This document shows, piece after piece, positions 15,102 to 24,445 of a DNA stretch of 26,329 bases (position 1 is its first letter; every line of letters begins with the position of its first letter). Position numbers and translations under genes: made by a program. The notes under the pieces are model-generated. The model made no database searches. It saw nothing but the letters and a program-made list of their open reading frames with translations, and was not told the origin of the DNA. The DNA comes from an uncultured Verrucomicrobiota bacterium (lineage in GTDB: Bacteria; Verrucomicrobiota; Kiritimatiellia; JAAZAB01). The stretch is taken from NCBI GenBank assembly GCA_964565485.1, contig CAZMFH010000005.1, positions 1-26,329 of the forward strand, given 5' to 3'.

Positions 15102-15859
15102 GGGGTGATTTCGCGGCTTGGTTGTTCTTGGTGCGCCGGATGTTTCCTTTTGGGCGCGCGGAAGCGCAGGCGCAGCACCATGCCCAGCGCCTCACGGATG
15201 ATATTGACATTCATTTTGGAACATCCGGAATGGCGATCTTCAAAAACGATCGGCGTTTCCTGGACCCGGAAGCCGAGTTTCCAGGCTGTGTAAGTCATTT
15301 CAATCTGAAAAGAATAACCGTTCGAGCGAATTTTATCGAGGTCAATAGATTCAAGCACCTCACGTCGGAAACATTTAAACCCGCCGGTTGGATCAGTAAA
15401 GGGCATTCCGGTCAGCATGCGCACATAAATACTGGCGCCCTTGCTGAGGATGAGGCGGTGGAGCGGCCAATTGATGATTCTGATTCCATTCAGATAGCGC
15501 GATCCTAAAACGAGGTCGCAGTTTTGAATGGTTTTGAGGAAATTTGGTATTTCCGCGGGATTGTGCGAAAAATCCGCGTCCATCTCAAAAATAAAGCGAT
15601 AGTGTTTGCCCAAGGCCCACTTGAATCCGGCGATATAAGCCCGGCCCAAACCTTGTTTGTCGTTTTTGTGCAACGTATGGATGCGCGGATTTTGACGTCC
15701 CATCTGATCGGTCAGGTTGCCCGTGCCGTCGGGTGAGTTGTCGTCCACAAAGAGAATGTGCGCGTCCGGACAGGCATTCAGTGTGGCTTGGGCGATTTGC
15801 CGGACGTTTTCCGCCTCGTTGTAGGTCGGAATGATGATTAAAGTATCTGCCATGTCCAT
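15098..15859 (-). CDS. GT2 polyprenol-phosphate mannosyltransferase (Dpm1/Ppm1-like)
   Basis: IIIPTYNEAEN, VDDNSPDGT, GLGRAY, EMDADFSHNP and DPTGGFKCFRR motifs. Confidence 0.92.
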   Translation of the reverse strand: MDMADTLIIIPTYNEAENVRQIAQATLNACPDAHILFVDDNSPDGTGNLTDQMGRQNPRIHTLHKNDKQGLGRAYIAGFKWALGKHYRFIFEMDADFSHNPAEIPNFLKTIQNCDLVLGSRYLNGIRIINWPLHRLILSKGASIYVRMLTGMPFTDPTGGFKCFRREVLESIDLDKIRSNGYSFQIEMTYTAWKLGFRVQETPIVFEDRHSGCSKMNVNIIREALGMVLRLRFRAPKRKHPAHQEQPSREITP

Positions 15860-15919
15860 ATTTTAGAAAAAACGCTTGTTTTTGGCAATCGGCAACTTTT
15901 TACATTTTGGGTTGGACGC

Positions 15920-15955
15920 ATTCTGCTTGCAAAAAATGATTTTTGCAAGCAGAAT
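15920..15955. promoter_or_regulatory. Perfect 16-bp inverted repeat forming symmetric divergent promoters (or an operator)
   Basis: ATTCTGCTTGCAAAAA-ATGA-TTTTTGCAAGCAGAAT; each strand reads TTGCAA-N17-CAGAAT, between the divergent GT2 and def genes. Confidence 0.6.
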
Positions 15956-16027
15956 AGCAGCATTCACTGTTATTGATTTATTTGGGTTGGGCTGTTTTGG
16001 CGGATTTAAGAGAGACGGGCTGTTTTT

Positions 16028-16585
16028 ATGAAATACCGATTGCGCATTTATGGCGATCCGGTGCTTCGTCGCAAGGCGGAAGAGATTGTGCGGATTGATG
16101 CGGCGACCAGGGCGCTGGCGGATGGTATGCTCCGGGTTATGGGCGAAAAAAAAGGCGTTGGTTTGGCGGCTCAGCAGATCGGCCAGATCGAGCGGATTTG
16201 TGTGGTGGATGTGCCTGCTTGCGCGGATATGGCCGAACCGAATGGTCCGCGCCTTAATCCGGATGTTGTGTTTCCGTTGATTATGATCAATCCTGTGATC
16301 CGCGCGCGTCGCGGCAGTATGCTCGACAAGGAAGGGTGCCTGAGTGTGCCGGAGATTTGGGCTCCGGTGAGCCGTGCGGCGGAAATTGAGGCGGAGTATC
16401 TTGATTTGGAGGGCAGGATGCAAGCGATTCTCGCGCGCGGCATGTTGGCGCGCGCCATTCAGCATGAGCTTGATCATTTGGATGGTGTTCTCTTTGTGGA
16501 CCGTGTTTCGACTGTTAAAAAGGTTGTTTTAACGGGCAAACTCCGGCGTCTGCGTGAACGCGGCGAGGCGGAAGCCGGTTCGTAG
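16028..16585 (+). CDS. def: Peptide deformylase
   Basis: GVGLAAQQIG, EGCLS and QHELDHLDG motifs. Confidence 0.97.
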   Translation: MKYRLRIYGDPVLRRKAEEIVRIDAATRALADGMLRVMGEKKGVGLAAQQIGQIERICVVDVPACADMAEPNGPRLNPDVVFPLIMINPVIRARRGSMLDKEGCLSVPEIWAPVSRAAEIEAEYLDLEGRMQAILARGMLARAIQHELDHLDGVLFVDRVSTVKKVVLTGKLRRLRERGEAEAGS

Positions 16586-16588
16586 CGA

Positions 16589-17566
16589 TTAATTGGAAGC
16601 AGCCGGTTCCGGTGTGGATGCCGGCGGGACATCTTGCGGGGCGGGGGGTGTTGCGGGCGCTTCCGCGTTCTGCGTTATCACTGCTGTTTCTGTTTGGTTG
16701 GAAGCGGCAATATTTACTGTTTCCGGTGGCGTCTTGTTTTCCGCTTGCGGAGTGGCGGCCTGGTTCGGCTTGGCGGCTTGTTTGGGCGGGGGGGTGTGCC
16801 GTTTCAGGAATTCGCGCGCCATGGCCCGATAGGCTGCGGCGCCTGCGCCGCGTGGATCGTAGAGAACAATCGGCTTGCCGAAGCTGGGCGCTTCACTGAG
16901 CCGGATTGTGCGTGGGATGGCGGATTTATAGACGCGCTCTCCAAAATGTTTTTGCACCTCTTCAATGACCTGCGCCGCCAGGCGTGTGCGTCCGTCAAAC
17001 ATGGTCATAATGATGCCGTCCAAAGTCAGCCCCGGATTGGCGCCGGCATTGCGCAATTGCTCGATCAGGCGCGTGATCATGCTCAGCCCTTCCAAAGCCA
17101 GGTATTCGCATTGCACGGGAATGATGATGGCGTTCGCGGCAGTCAGGGCGTTACAGGTTAGAATGCCAAGCGAAGGCGGGCAGTCAATAAAAATGAATTC
17201 GTGGCGGGCGGTTTGCAGGAGTGGCGCGAGCGCTTTTTGAAAACAGTGCAGATAACGATCGGCGCGGGCGATTTCCACCTCCGCTCCGGCCAGATTGACT
17301 TCGGCCGGGATAAGCTCCAGATGCTTGAGCTCGGTGCCGATGATAAAATCCTGAAGCGGACGTTCGCCGAGCATGGCGGCATAAACGCTTCGATCAGGCA
17401 GTTTTTCCGCTCCAAGCGCGCTGGTGGCGTTGGCCTGCGGGTCCAGATCAATCAGGAGGACTTTGTGCCCGCGTTCGGCGATGCAGGCGGCCAGATTGAC
17501 TGCGGTGGTGGTTTTACCGACGCCGCCCTTCTGGTTGGCAAAGGCTATGACCTGTGTTGTTTTCAT
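16589..17566 (-). CDS. parA: ParA/Soj-family ATPase with a Pro/Ala-rich C-terminal extension
   Basis: Deviant Walker [29 protein letters not shown] and LSEAPSFG motifs. Confidence 0.92.
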   Translation of the reverse strand: MKTTQVIAFANQKGGVGKTTTAVNLAACIAERGHKVLLIDLDPQANATSALGAEKLPDRSVYAAMLGERPLQDFIIGTELKHLELIPAEVNLAGAEVEIARADRYLHCFQKALAPLLQTARHEFIFIDCPPSLGILTCNALTAANAIIIPVQCEYLALEGLSMITRLIEQLRNAGANPGLTLDGIIMTMFDGRTRLAAQVIEEVQKHFGERVYKSAIPRTIRLSEAPSFGKPIVLYDPRGAGAAAYRAMAREFLKRHTPPPKQAAKPNQAATPQAENKTPPETVNIAASNQTETAVITQNAEAPATPPAPQDVPPASTPEPAASN

Positions 17567-18126
17567 CGCTTGGCTTTGATCATGCCGGTTTGCCGCGCAT
17601 GCGCGAACAAGCCGCCAGCCTTGACGACCGGGGCAACCGCGCCCAGCGGCTTCAGGGCAAAGGATTTGTCGGAAGCGATCCGAATGATTTCCGGTTTATC
17701 GAGCCGGAGTTCGGCCTCGTCGCCGGTTTGGAAAAAGTCGCGCAGGTTAACGGGGGTTTCACAAGGGTATTGTTCGCCGGTGGCAATGGCGTTGCGGAAG
17801 AAAATACGCGCGTAGGATTCCGCCACGATGGCCTTGATGCCGGCTGCCCCCAAGGCAATTGGCGCATGTTCGCGTGATGAGCCGCAACCAAAATTACGCC
17901 CGGCGATGATGATGCCGTATTCCGATTGCCCGGCGCCCGGCTTGATGAAAGGCAGGCAATCCGCCGGCAAGCCGCTCAGGGCATACGTGCCCAATTTGCG
18001 GTATTCGTCCGGTATGGTCGGCACAAGATTGAGATATTGGGCCGGAATGATCTGGTCGGTGTCAATATTGTCGCCCAACACATAGACGCGGGCGCGGATG
18101 ACGGATGATGCTTGTTGATTGGCCAT
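17563..18126 (-). CDS. leuD: 3-isopropylmalate dehydratase (or homoaconitase) small subunit
   Basis: [22 protein letters not shown] and SYARIFFRN motifs. ATG 18126 has an AAGGA RBS; 18159 is an alternative start. Confidence 0.88.
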   Translation of the reverse strand: MANQQASSVIRARVYVLGDNIDTDQIIPAQYLNLVPTIPDEYRKLGTYALSGLPADCLPFIKPGAGQSEYGIIIAGRNFGCGSSREHAPIALGAAGIKAIVAESYARIFFRNAIATGEQYPCETPVNLRDFFQTGDEAELRLDKPEIIRIASDKSFALKPLGAVAPVVKAGGLFAHARQTGMIKAKR

Positions 18127-18169
18127 GGAATGATTGTCCTTGTTTTGTCTTGGTTCCATGCGGCAGGTT

Positions 18170-19468
18170 TTAGATAAATTCGCGCGGATCGGTGATGTGT
18201 CCGGTGACGGCCGAAGCCGCCGTCGTTAGCGGCGATGCCAGGTAGATTGGCGCATTTTTCGAACCCATGCGTCCGATAAAATTACGGTTGGTTGTGCTGA
18301 TGACAACCTCGTTGCCGTGTGTGCGGCCGAAGGTGTCCGGCGGTCCGCCCAGACAGGCGGCGCAAGATGGCGGCGCGATGGGCAGGCAACCTGCCGCTTC
18401 GAAAATTTCAGCCAGCGTTTTGCCGTTCAGTTTTTGGGTCTTGATTGCATCAGCAACTTCCTGCGTGGCCGGAACCAGGAATGTATCCACGCTCACCCGG
18501 TGTCCGTCCAAAACAAGCGCCGCCGCTTCAAAATCGGCCAGCTTGCCGCCCGTACAGGAACCGATATAAGCGCGGTTGATTTTTACCTGTTTGACGTCCT
18601 GCGCCGTGGCATAACGATCCGGGGCATGCGGCTGCGCCACACAGGGCTCAAACTCGGCAATGTTATAGACATAGTCGTGGGCCACCTTGCAATCAGGGTC
18701 GCTGTCAAGCGGAACAAATGACTTGCTGGTGCGTTCCCGCACATAAGCAAGCGCTTTTTTGTCCGGCGCAATGATGCCGTTTTTGCCGCCGGCCTCGATT
18801 GCCATGTTGCAGATGGTCATGCGCTCTTCAACCGACAATGCTTCAATGGCTTCGCCTCTGAATTCCATGGCGCAATAGGTGGCGCCATCAAAGCCGATGT
18901 CGCCAATTATGCGCAGGATGATGTCTTTGCCCATGATGTGCCTGGGCTTGATGCCGTTCAGGGTAAAGCGCAAAGTGGGTGGGGTTTTGATCAGCAGTTT
19001 GCCGGTGCCCATTACAAAACCGGCATCAGTATTGCCGATACCCGTGGCAAATGCGCCAAGCGCGCCGTGTGTGCAGGTGTGTGAATCCGTGCCAAATATA
19101 ACCTCACCGGGCCGCACATGGCCTGCCTGGGGCAGGGCCACATGGCAGACGCCTTTGTATGACGTGGTGCCGGGGTCGTAGAAGTAGGGCAGATTCTGTT
19201 CACGCGCAAAATGGCGCAGATTTTCCACATTGCGCAGGGACATTTCGTCCTTGGTGAAAATGTAATGATCGGGAATGATCACCAGTCGTTCGCGATCCCA
19301 GACTTTGGCATTGGCGCCGAATTCGCGTTGGAAGACGCCGATCGTGCCCGGCCCGCAGATGTCGTGCGTCAGCAAAATGTCCGCTTTAACCCATATATTG
19401 TCGCCCGGCGCAACGGATGCCTGATCCGCCGCGCGCGCCAGTATTTTTTCGGTGATGGTCATGCTCAT
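18170..19468 (-). CDS. leuC: 3-isopropylmalate dehydratase (or homoaconitase) large subunit
   Basis: MTITEKIL, PDH, GTDSHTCTHGA, Fe-S ligand motifs GSCTGG and CAAC, and STTNRNFIGRMG. Confidence 0.9.
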   Translation of the reverse strand: MSMTITEKILARAADQASVAPGDNIWVKADILLTHDICGPGTIGVFQREFGANAKVWDRERLVIIPDHYIFTKDEMSLRNVENLRHFAREQNLPYFYDPGTTSYKGVCHVALPQAGHVRPGEVIFGTDSHTCTHGALGAFATGIGNTDAGFVMGTGKLLIKTPPTLRFTLNGIKPRHIMGKDIILRIIGDIGFDGATYCAMEFRGEAIEALSVEERMTICNMAIEAGGKNGIIAPDKKALAYVRERTSKSFVPLDSDPDCKVAHDYVYNIAEFEPCVAQPHAPDRYATAQDVKQVKINRAYIGSCTGGKLADFEAAALVLDGHRVSVDTFLVPATQEVADAIKTQKLNGKTLAEIFEAAGCLPIAPPSCAACLGGPPDTFGRTHGNEVVISTTNRNFIGRMGSKNAPIYLASPLTTAASAVTGHITDPREFI

Positions 19469-19654
19469 GTTTTTTTGATCCTTGTCGCAATGTGTTTGGT
19501 CTGCAAAAGAAAATACCGTTCCGCTTGATGAAGCGCAATCTCAAAAGATCAAAAAAATATTTTGTTGTTTTTGGCGAAACCTGACTTGCGCTGCAACCTG
19601 CAATCAAGCTTGTGCCTCCGTGATGGGCGAAGAATTCGCGGTTAGGTTAATTTG

Positions 19655-19683
19655 TTGACTTGCCGGACGGATTGAAGCAAAAT
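19655..19683 (+). promoter_or_regulatory. Candidate sigma70 promoter
   Basis: TTGACT-N17-CAAAAT. It overlaps ATG 19682, which supports the downstream GTG start. Confidence 0.4.
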
Positions 19684-19768
19684 GAAAGCTGATTTGGAAA
19701 ATGAAATTGTTGATGAATTATTATGGTTCCGGTTCTGCCGGGTTGGGTATGATGGGAGGAAATTCAAG

Positions 19769-20674
19769 GTGAAACCGACATTGGTTGTGATGGCCGCAGG
19801 TGTGGGCAGTCGTTATGGGGGGTTGAAACAGATTGAGCGGGTGGGGCCGGGCGGCGAAATCATGCTCGATTATTCCGTTTATGACGCGATTCGCGCCGGA
19901 TTCGGCAAGGTGGTTTTTATCATCAGGCATGATATTGAGCAGGATTTTAAATCCGCGATTGGCGCGCATTTTCAGGGGCGGATCGAGGTGGAATATGTTT
20001 TCCAGGAGTTGGACTGTTTGCCGGAAGGGTTTGCCGTTCCGGCGGGGCGCGTCAAACCGTGGGGGACAGGTCATGCCATTATGCAATGTCAGAACGCTGT
20101 GCGCGAGCCTTTTGCCGTGATTAATGCCGATGATTTCTACGGCGCGCAATCTTACCTTGCCATTGCGCGTTATCTGGGGCGTTTGACGCCTTCCGCAAAC
20201 GACTATGCGCTGGTTGGGTTTCGGTTGTTCAATACTTTGTCGGAACATGGTTCCGTAACACGCGGAATTTGCGAAGTTGATGCGCGGAGCATGCTGGTTG
20301 GCGTCAAGGAGCGCTTCAAAATCGAAAAAACACCGGAAGGCGCGCGTTATGAAGATGAAGGCGGTCAATGGGTCAAATTGCTGGGCGCTGAAATTGCCTC
20401 AATGAATATGTTTGGTTTTACGCCCTCGCTTTTTGGATTTTTGAACGAGAAATTTCCGCTTTTTCTAAAAAACAGTTCCGGGAATCTGAAAGCCGAATTT
20501 TTGATACCGGCTATTGCCGATGAATTAATTCGTGAACGCCGTATTACCATGCGCGTTCTGGATACCCCTGAAAAGTGGTTTGGGGTAACTTACAAGGAAG
20601 ACAAGGAACATGTCGCGCGCGGAATTCGGCGTTTGATTGACACCGGCATTTATCCGCAAAATCTTTGGGGTTAA
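19769..20674 (+). CDS. Sugar-phosphate nucleotidyltransferase family protein
   Basis: LVVMAAGVGSRYGGLKQ, KPWGTGHA and INADDFYG motifs. Start set at GTG 19769 after GGAGG. Confidence 0.9.
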   Translation: MKPTLVVMAAGVGSRYGGLKQIERVGPGGEIMLDYSVYDAIRAGFGKVVFIIRHDIEQDFKSAIGAHFQGRIEVEYVFQELDCLPEGFAVPAGRVKPWGTGHAIMQCQNAVREPFAVINADDFYGAQSYLAIARYLGRLTPSANDYALVGFRLFNTLSEHGSVTRGICEVDARSMLVGVKERFKIEKTPEGARYEDEGGQWVKLLGAEIASMNMFGFTPSLFGFLNEKFPLFLKNSSGNLKAEFLIPAIADELIRERRITMRVLDTPEKWFGVTYKEDKEHVARGIRRLIDTGIYPQNLWG

Positions 20675-20687
20675 GACAGGGCTGCGT

Positions 20688-21734
20688 TTACCGGAAACAA
20701 AACGCGGAAATGAGCGCATCCATTACCACGAGCGTGGTGTGCAGATAAAAGCCATGCTCCACATAACGTCCGTAATAAGGCCGCATGTGTTCGTAATTGC
20801 CCCAGGCGCCTTGCGGGCGTTGGGTGTTCAGCAGATATTCCAGTGAGCTTCGGTAGATCGGCGTGTCGGTCTGTTGCAGGTAGCTCATGCAGGAATTCAG
20901 TTCGGCGGTGATGTCCGGATCATCGCGATGCATGCCGGCTTCGGTTAAAACGGCAAGCGTTGCGCGCAGGTAATGCTTGTCTTCCGGGCTGAAAAAATCG
21001 GCGTCGCGCTTGCGTCCGAATTCATAAGGCACAAAGATTTCATGCGTGAGGTCATAGGCCTTGTGATTGCCGATCATGGTCAGCGGGTCGGTGCGCGCTT
21101 TGATCAGGCCGGTTTCAAATGCGCCGGCAAGCGGAAATGGCTCCGGCAGGTTGAAATGCCGGTAATATTCATCAAAAGCCATGCGTTGGTTTACTCCGCG
21201 TGTCGGCATGTGCGCGTTTAGACGCGCAACGCATTTTTGAATTTCACGGCGATAGAGCGTGGTATCCAGTTTCAGTTCGTCCATTAACCGGGCGACGCGC
21301 AGATAGGAGGTGGCGTCCTGCTTGAAAACCAGATCGTCAACCGCAAGCATGTCATGATAGTCCGGATTTGCGGTAATGGCGGTGATGGTTCGGATTCTTT
21401 GCATCAGGCGCGGACGCGCCGCAGCGGAAGCGATATCGTGCAGCCAGAGATAAGCGTCAAGCTGTTCGGCCAGTTTTTTTTTGCCTTTGACGCCGAATTG
21501 ACGCAGTTCGATTGGGTTCACTTCCAGCCGGTCCAGCCAATTCCAGGCTTTTTGAATGGCCAGCATGGCGCGAGGAGTGTTTTCATCCAGAAAGCTGTCG
21601 GTTAATTCCTGTTCGGCGTAAGGGTCATTGGCAAATGAGGCTTGTTCCGCCGGAGCTTGATTGCCATAAACGAGCAGGATGCTGGTCAAGATGGGCGGAA
21701 TGAGCGATTTGATTTTATTCGCCAATGATTTCAT
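20688..21734 (-). CDS. Secreted alpha-helical protein, probable (alpha/alpha) barrel (DUF6895-like)
   Basis: True start is probably ATG 21734 (signal-like MKSLANKIKSLIPPILTSILLVYG). YDLTHEIF, DITAEL, a QW-like motif TQRPQGAWG and HTT are present; 348 aa. Confidence 0.6.
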   Translation of the reverse strand: MKSLANKIKSLIPPILTSILLVYGNQAPAEQASFANDPYAEQELTDSFLDENTPRAMLAIQKAWNWLDRLEVNPIELRQFGVKGKKKLAEQLDAYLWLHDIASAAARPRLMQRIRTITAITANPDYHDMLAVDDLVFKQDATSYLRVARLMDELKLDTTLYRREIQKCVARLNAHMPTRGVNQRMAFDEYYRHFNLPEPFPLAGAFETGLIKARTDPLTMIGNHKAYDLTHEIFVPYEFGRKRDADFFSPEDKHYLRATLAVLTEAGMHRDDPDITAELNSCMSYLQQTDTPIYRSSLEYLLNTQRPQGAWGNYEHMRPYYGRYVEHGFYLHTTLVVMDALISAFCFR

Positions 21735-24267
21735 AAAGACCGGGGCTTTTTCCGGAAAACAACACGCGTTCAGCGCTGATATCCTTTGGATGAGCTTCCA
21801 GATTGCCGTGGCACAAAACGACCGGCCGTTGCTTGAACGGCGCTGGAAAATCCAGCGTTTGACCCGGCGCGGCCCAGCCGGTTGTGCGTCTTTCGTTTTG
21901 GCGATTGGCGCGCGCGTCGTAAGTGAAAACTCCCAAGACCTGAACGGGCGCATCCAGCGCCTCGAACTGCAGCGTATGTATGCCGTAGCCGAGATTGAGG
22001 ATGCCCTTGCGATTTTCAAGATAAAGTTTGTTGCCGGCGGCATCCTGGTAGTATTGGTTGGCCGGCTGGCGCAGGCGTTCCTGTCCGTTCACCCGCACAA
22101 CCAGAGTGCCGCCATCCGGTTGGTCGGCATAAGCCGCCGAGATGTCGGTTGCGATGACGTCCAGTTCAAGCGTCTGGCCGGGAGTGATCCGGATGATATT
22201 TGTTCCAAATGGCGCGCCCCAATCCGATTCAAAATGTGTTACTTGCAGGTTGTTGTGCCGCCAGAGCGGAGTTTCGGCGCCAAACCATGCGCGTTGCGGA
22301 CAAATCTTGCAGTCGGCGGCCGCGATGGCGGCGTTTGCGCCGGACACCTCCACGATATGCCGGTTGCCGAGCGGCAGACGTCCGTGCGCAAAAGTTGAAT
22401 TGCGCGTGTCGCGCCTGGTCATGGAACGGCCACGATGCGCGGTTTGTTGCGCTCCGTTCAGCCAGACTTCAACTTTATTTGTGCCGTTATTCGCCCAAAG
22501 ATTGATGACGGTGTCGTCGAGAATCATGCGTTTGCCTTGATTGATGCGCGGATGCGGCGCCTGATATGTTGCGATATCGCCCTCCCATCCGTAAGCATTG
22601 GGGTGCAGGCGTTCCGGCAATTGCAATTGCGCCTGGCCGGGTTGAATGGGATCCCAGCATTCAAAGGCTTTTTCCGCTTGTTTAAACCAGATATAATGCG
22701 CGGCGGCCTGCGGGTGGCCGTCAATCGGCACCAGTGTGTAACGGTTGCACCAGCGTGTTATTTCATCAAGCGTCTGTCCGCAATCGAGCATGGGTATCTG
22801 GTAGCGCAACGCGAGCGCCTGCAAGTCGCCGACATTGGGTGTATAGCCGCCGCGGTTCTGGAACATGCTGAACAGAAATTCGGTGTTCGGGTAGTGGCGT
22901 TGCATCCAGCGAATGATTCCTTCAAAAACGGCGACTTCATCAGGAGTATCCACTTTCTCGTTGGCGCCGCTGCCGAAAAGCACCAGATCAGGGCGCGGTC
23001 CTTCCGGGCGCGCGAACAAATCGGGGTATAGTTCAAGCCATGTTTTCCCGGTGGGGTGTCCGTTGGCGTTTTCACCGGGCGGAATGCGCAGGGCGCAATA
23101 ATCTTCCAGGGCGGAGTGCGACTCCGCTGCGCAGGAACCGTCGCAAGCCATGAAATTGAGCAGGATCCTGGATGCCGGCAAATTGAATTTGCGCATCAGC
23201 TCGAGGCGCAGACGTCCGGACCAGCTCCAGTAATGCCGCCATTCGCCGATATAGTCGGCCAGATCAGGGCGGCCAATGCGCGCTGAATCAAATTTGCCGT
23301 ATGAAAGGGGCTGTTTGAAAGTTGGCGATTGCGGATTTTCGTCATAAAAGAAACAGGACGGATTGGCGCTGGCGCGGTCAATGCTGGAGCCCATCACGAT
23401 GATATGGATGGGTTCGCCTTTCCAAAGTTTCTGGATGGTGCGTGGCAGATGGCGGTAATAGGGAATCATGGCGCGGGCCGGCGGCAGGTTTCCCTGTGCC
23501 TTGGCGCTGCGGCTTAACGAGGGCTCTGCGATCCAGGCATCGCTGTTTGTGCCGGTATTGGCGAAAACAATTTCAATGCCGATGGTGTTGATGTCTTTGG
23601 AACGCGATTCTTTGCCTTCACTGAAATGGCCGATGATTTCGGCGTCTTCGATTTTCAGGATCATTGCGCCGGTCTGGCCGGCATGTTGCTCGTATTCCTT
23701 TGCGGCAATCAGTTCGCCGCGGCTATGCCGCTGGTAGGCAATATCCTTGCCGGCGCCGATGAAATCCTTCGGTTGCCATGTTCCGTCCTCGCTATCCAGT
23801 TTCATCAGGCGGATGCTTGCGCGCAATGCGTTGGGTTCGCTCTGATAGCCATAAACCTGGAGACTGATCCGGTCGCCATGCGCGAGGTTGGCTTCCGGAA
23901 GCGTTAAAAACTGCCGGATTATTTTGCCGGGCTTGATGGCAACCAGATTGCGCGCCGCCGTTCCGGCGCGGACGGCGCGCATTTTCTCCGCCGTTGCGGG
24001 GTCGCTGAAGTCGAAGCTGTCAAGATGCGCTGCGCGGATAACTCTGATGTCATTCCAGGCATCCGTGTTCCAGAAAGCGGCATACCCGGCGGTGTGCCGC
24101 GGCGCCAGACCGAGCCGGTGGTTGTCGAAAACATGGAAGTCAAAAGCCGGATTCAGGATCAGGTTCATGGCGGATTCCTCAGCATGGATTTGCAATGCGC
24201 AGAGAGCCAGCAACCAGATTGTGATCTGGTATATGTTTTTTGGTTTGGTGCGGGCAAATGGTTTCAT
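21715..24267 (-). CDS. Large secreted SGNH/GDSL-family hydrolase with beta-rich accessory domains
   Basis: Signal peptide; block I IIVMGSS, block III GSGANE, block V DGHP; 850 aa. Confidence 0.75.
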   Translation of the reverse strand: MKPFARTKPKNIYQITIWLLALCALQIHAEESAMNLILNPAFDFHVFDNHRLGLAPRHTAGYAAFWNTDAWNDIRVIRAAHLDSFDFSDPATAEKMRAVRAGTAARNLVAIKPGKIIRQFLTLPEANLAHGDRISLQVYGYQSEPNALRASIRLMKLDSEDGTWQPKDFIGAGKDIAYQRHSRGELIAAKEYEQHAGQTGAMILKIEDAEIIGHFSEGKESRSKDINTIGIEIVFANTGTNSDAWIAEPSLSRSAKAQGNLPPARAMIPYYRHLPRTIQKLWKGEPIHIIVMGSSIDRASANPSCFFYDENPQSPTFKQPLSYGKFDSARIGRPDLADYIGEWRHYWSWSGRLRLELMRKFNLPASRILLNFMACDGSCAAESHSALEDYCALRIPPGENANGHPTGKTWLELYPDLFARPEGPRPDLVLFGSGANEKVDTPDEVAVFEGIIRWMQRHYPNTEFLFSMFQNRGGYTPNVGDLQALALRYQIPMLDCGQTLDEITRWCNRYTLVPIDGHPQAAAHYIWFKQAEKAFECWDPIQPGQAQLQLPERLHPNAYGWEGDIATYQAPHPRINQGKRMILDDTVINLWANNGTNKVEVWLNGAQQTAHRGRSMTRRDTRNSTFAHGRLPLGNRHIVEVSGANAAIAAADCKICPQRAWFGAETPLWRHNNLQVTHFESDWGAPFGTNIIRITPGQTLELDVIATDISAAYADQPDGGTLVVRVNGQERLRQPANQYYQDAAGNKLYLENRKGILNLGYGIHTLQFEALDAPVQVLGVFTYDARANRQNERRTTGWAAPGQTLDFPAPFKQRPVVLCHGNLEAHPKDISAERVLFSGKSPGLYEIIGE

Positions 24268-24330
24268 GGCGCTCTATATTATATGCTTGTGTGTGGTTTG
24301 GCAAGGATGCTCCTAAATGCATAATCTTTT

Positions 24331-24359
24331 TTGCTTGCGTTCCGGGATGATGGTAAACT
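24331..24359 (+). promoter_or_regulatory. Candidate rdgB promoter
   Basis: TTGCTT-N17-TAAACT with an extended -10 TGn. Confidence 0.45.
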
Positions 24360-24445
24360 ACGCTGCTCAATCGAATTGACCGGCGCGGCTTTTCCGGCAA
24401 CCAGCCCTTGCGGGCGGTTGGCGGGTATTTTGGGAATGTAAAAAA

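Noticed and set aside
19469-19620. Leucine attenuator or leader peptide upstream of leuC
   Set aside because: No Leu-codon-rich short ORF or terminator/antiterminator pair is visible.
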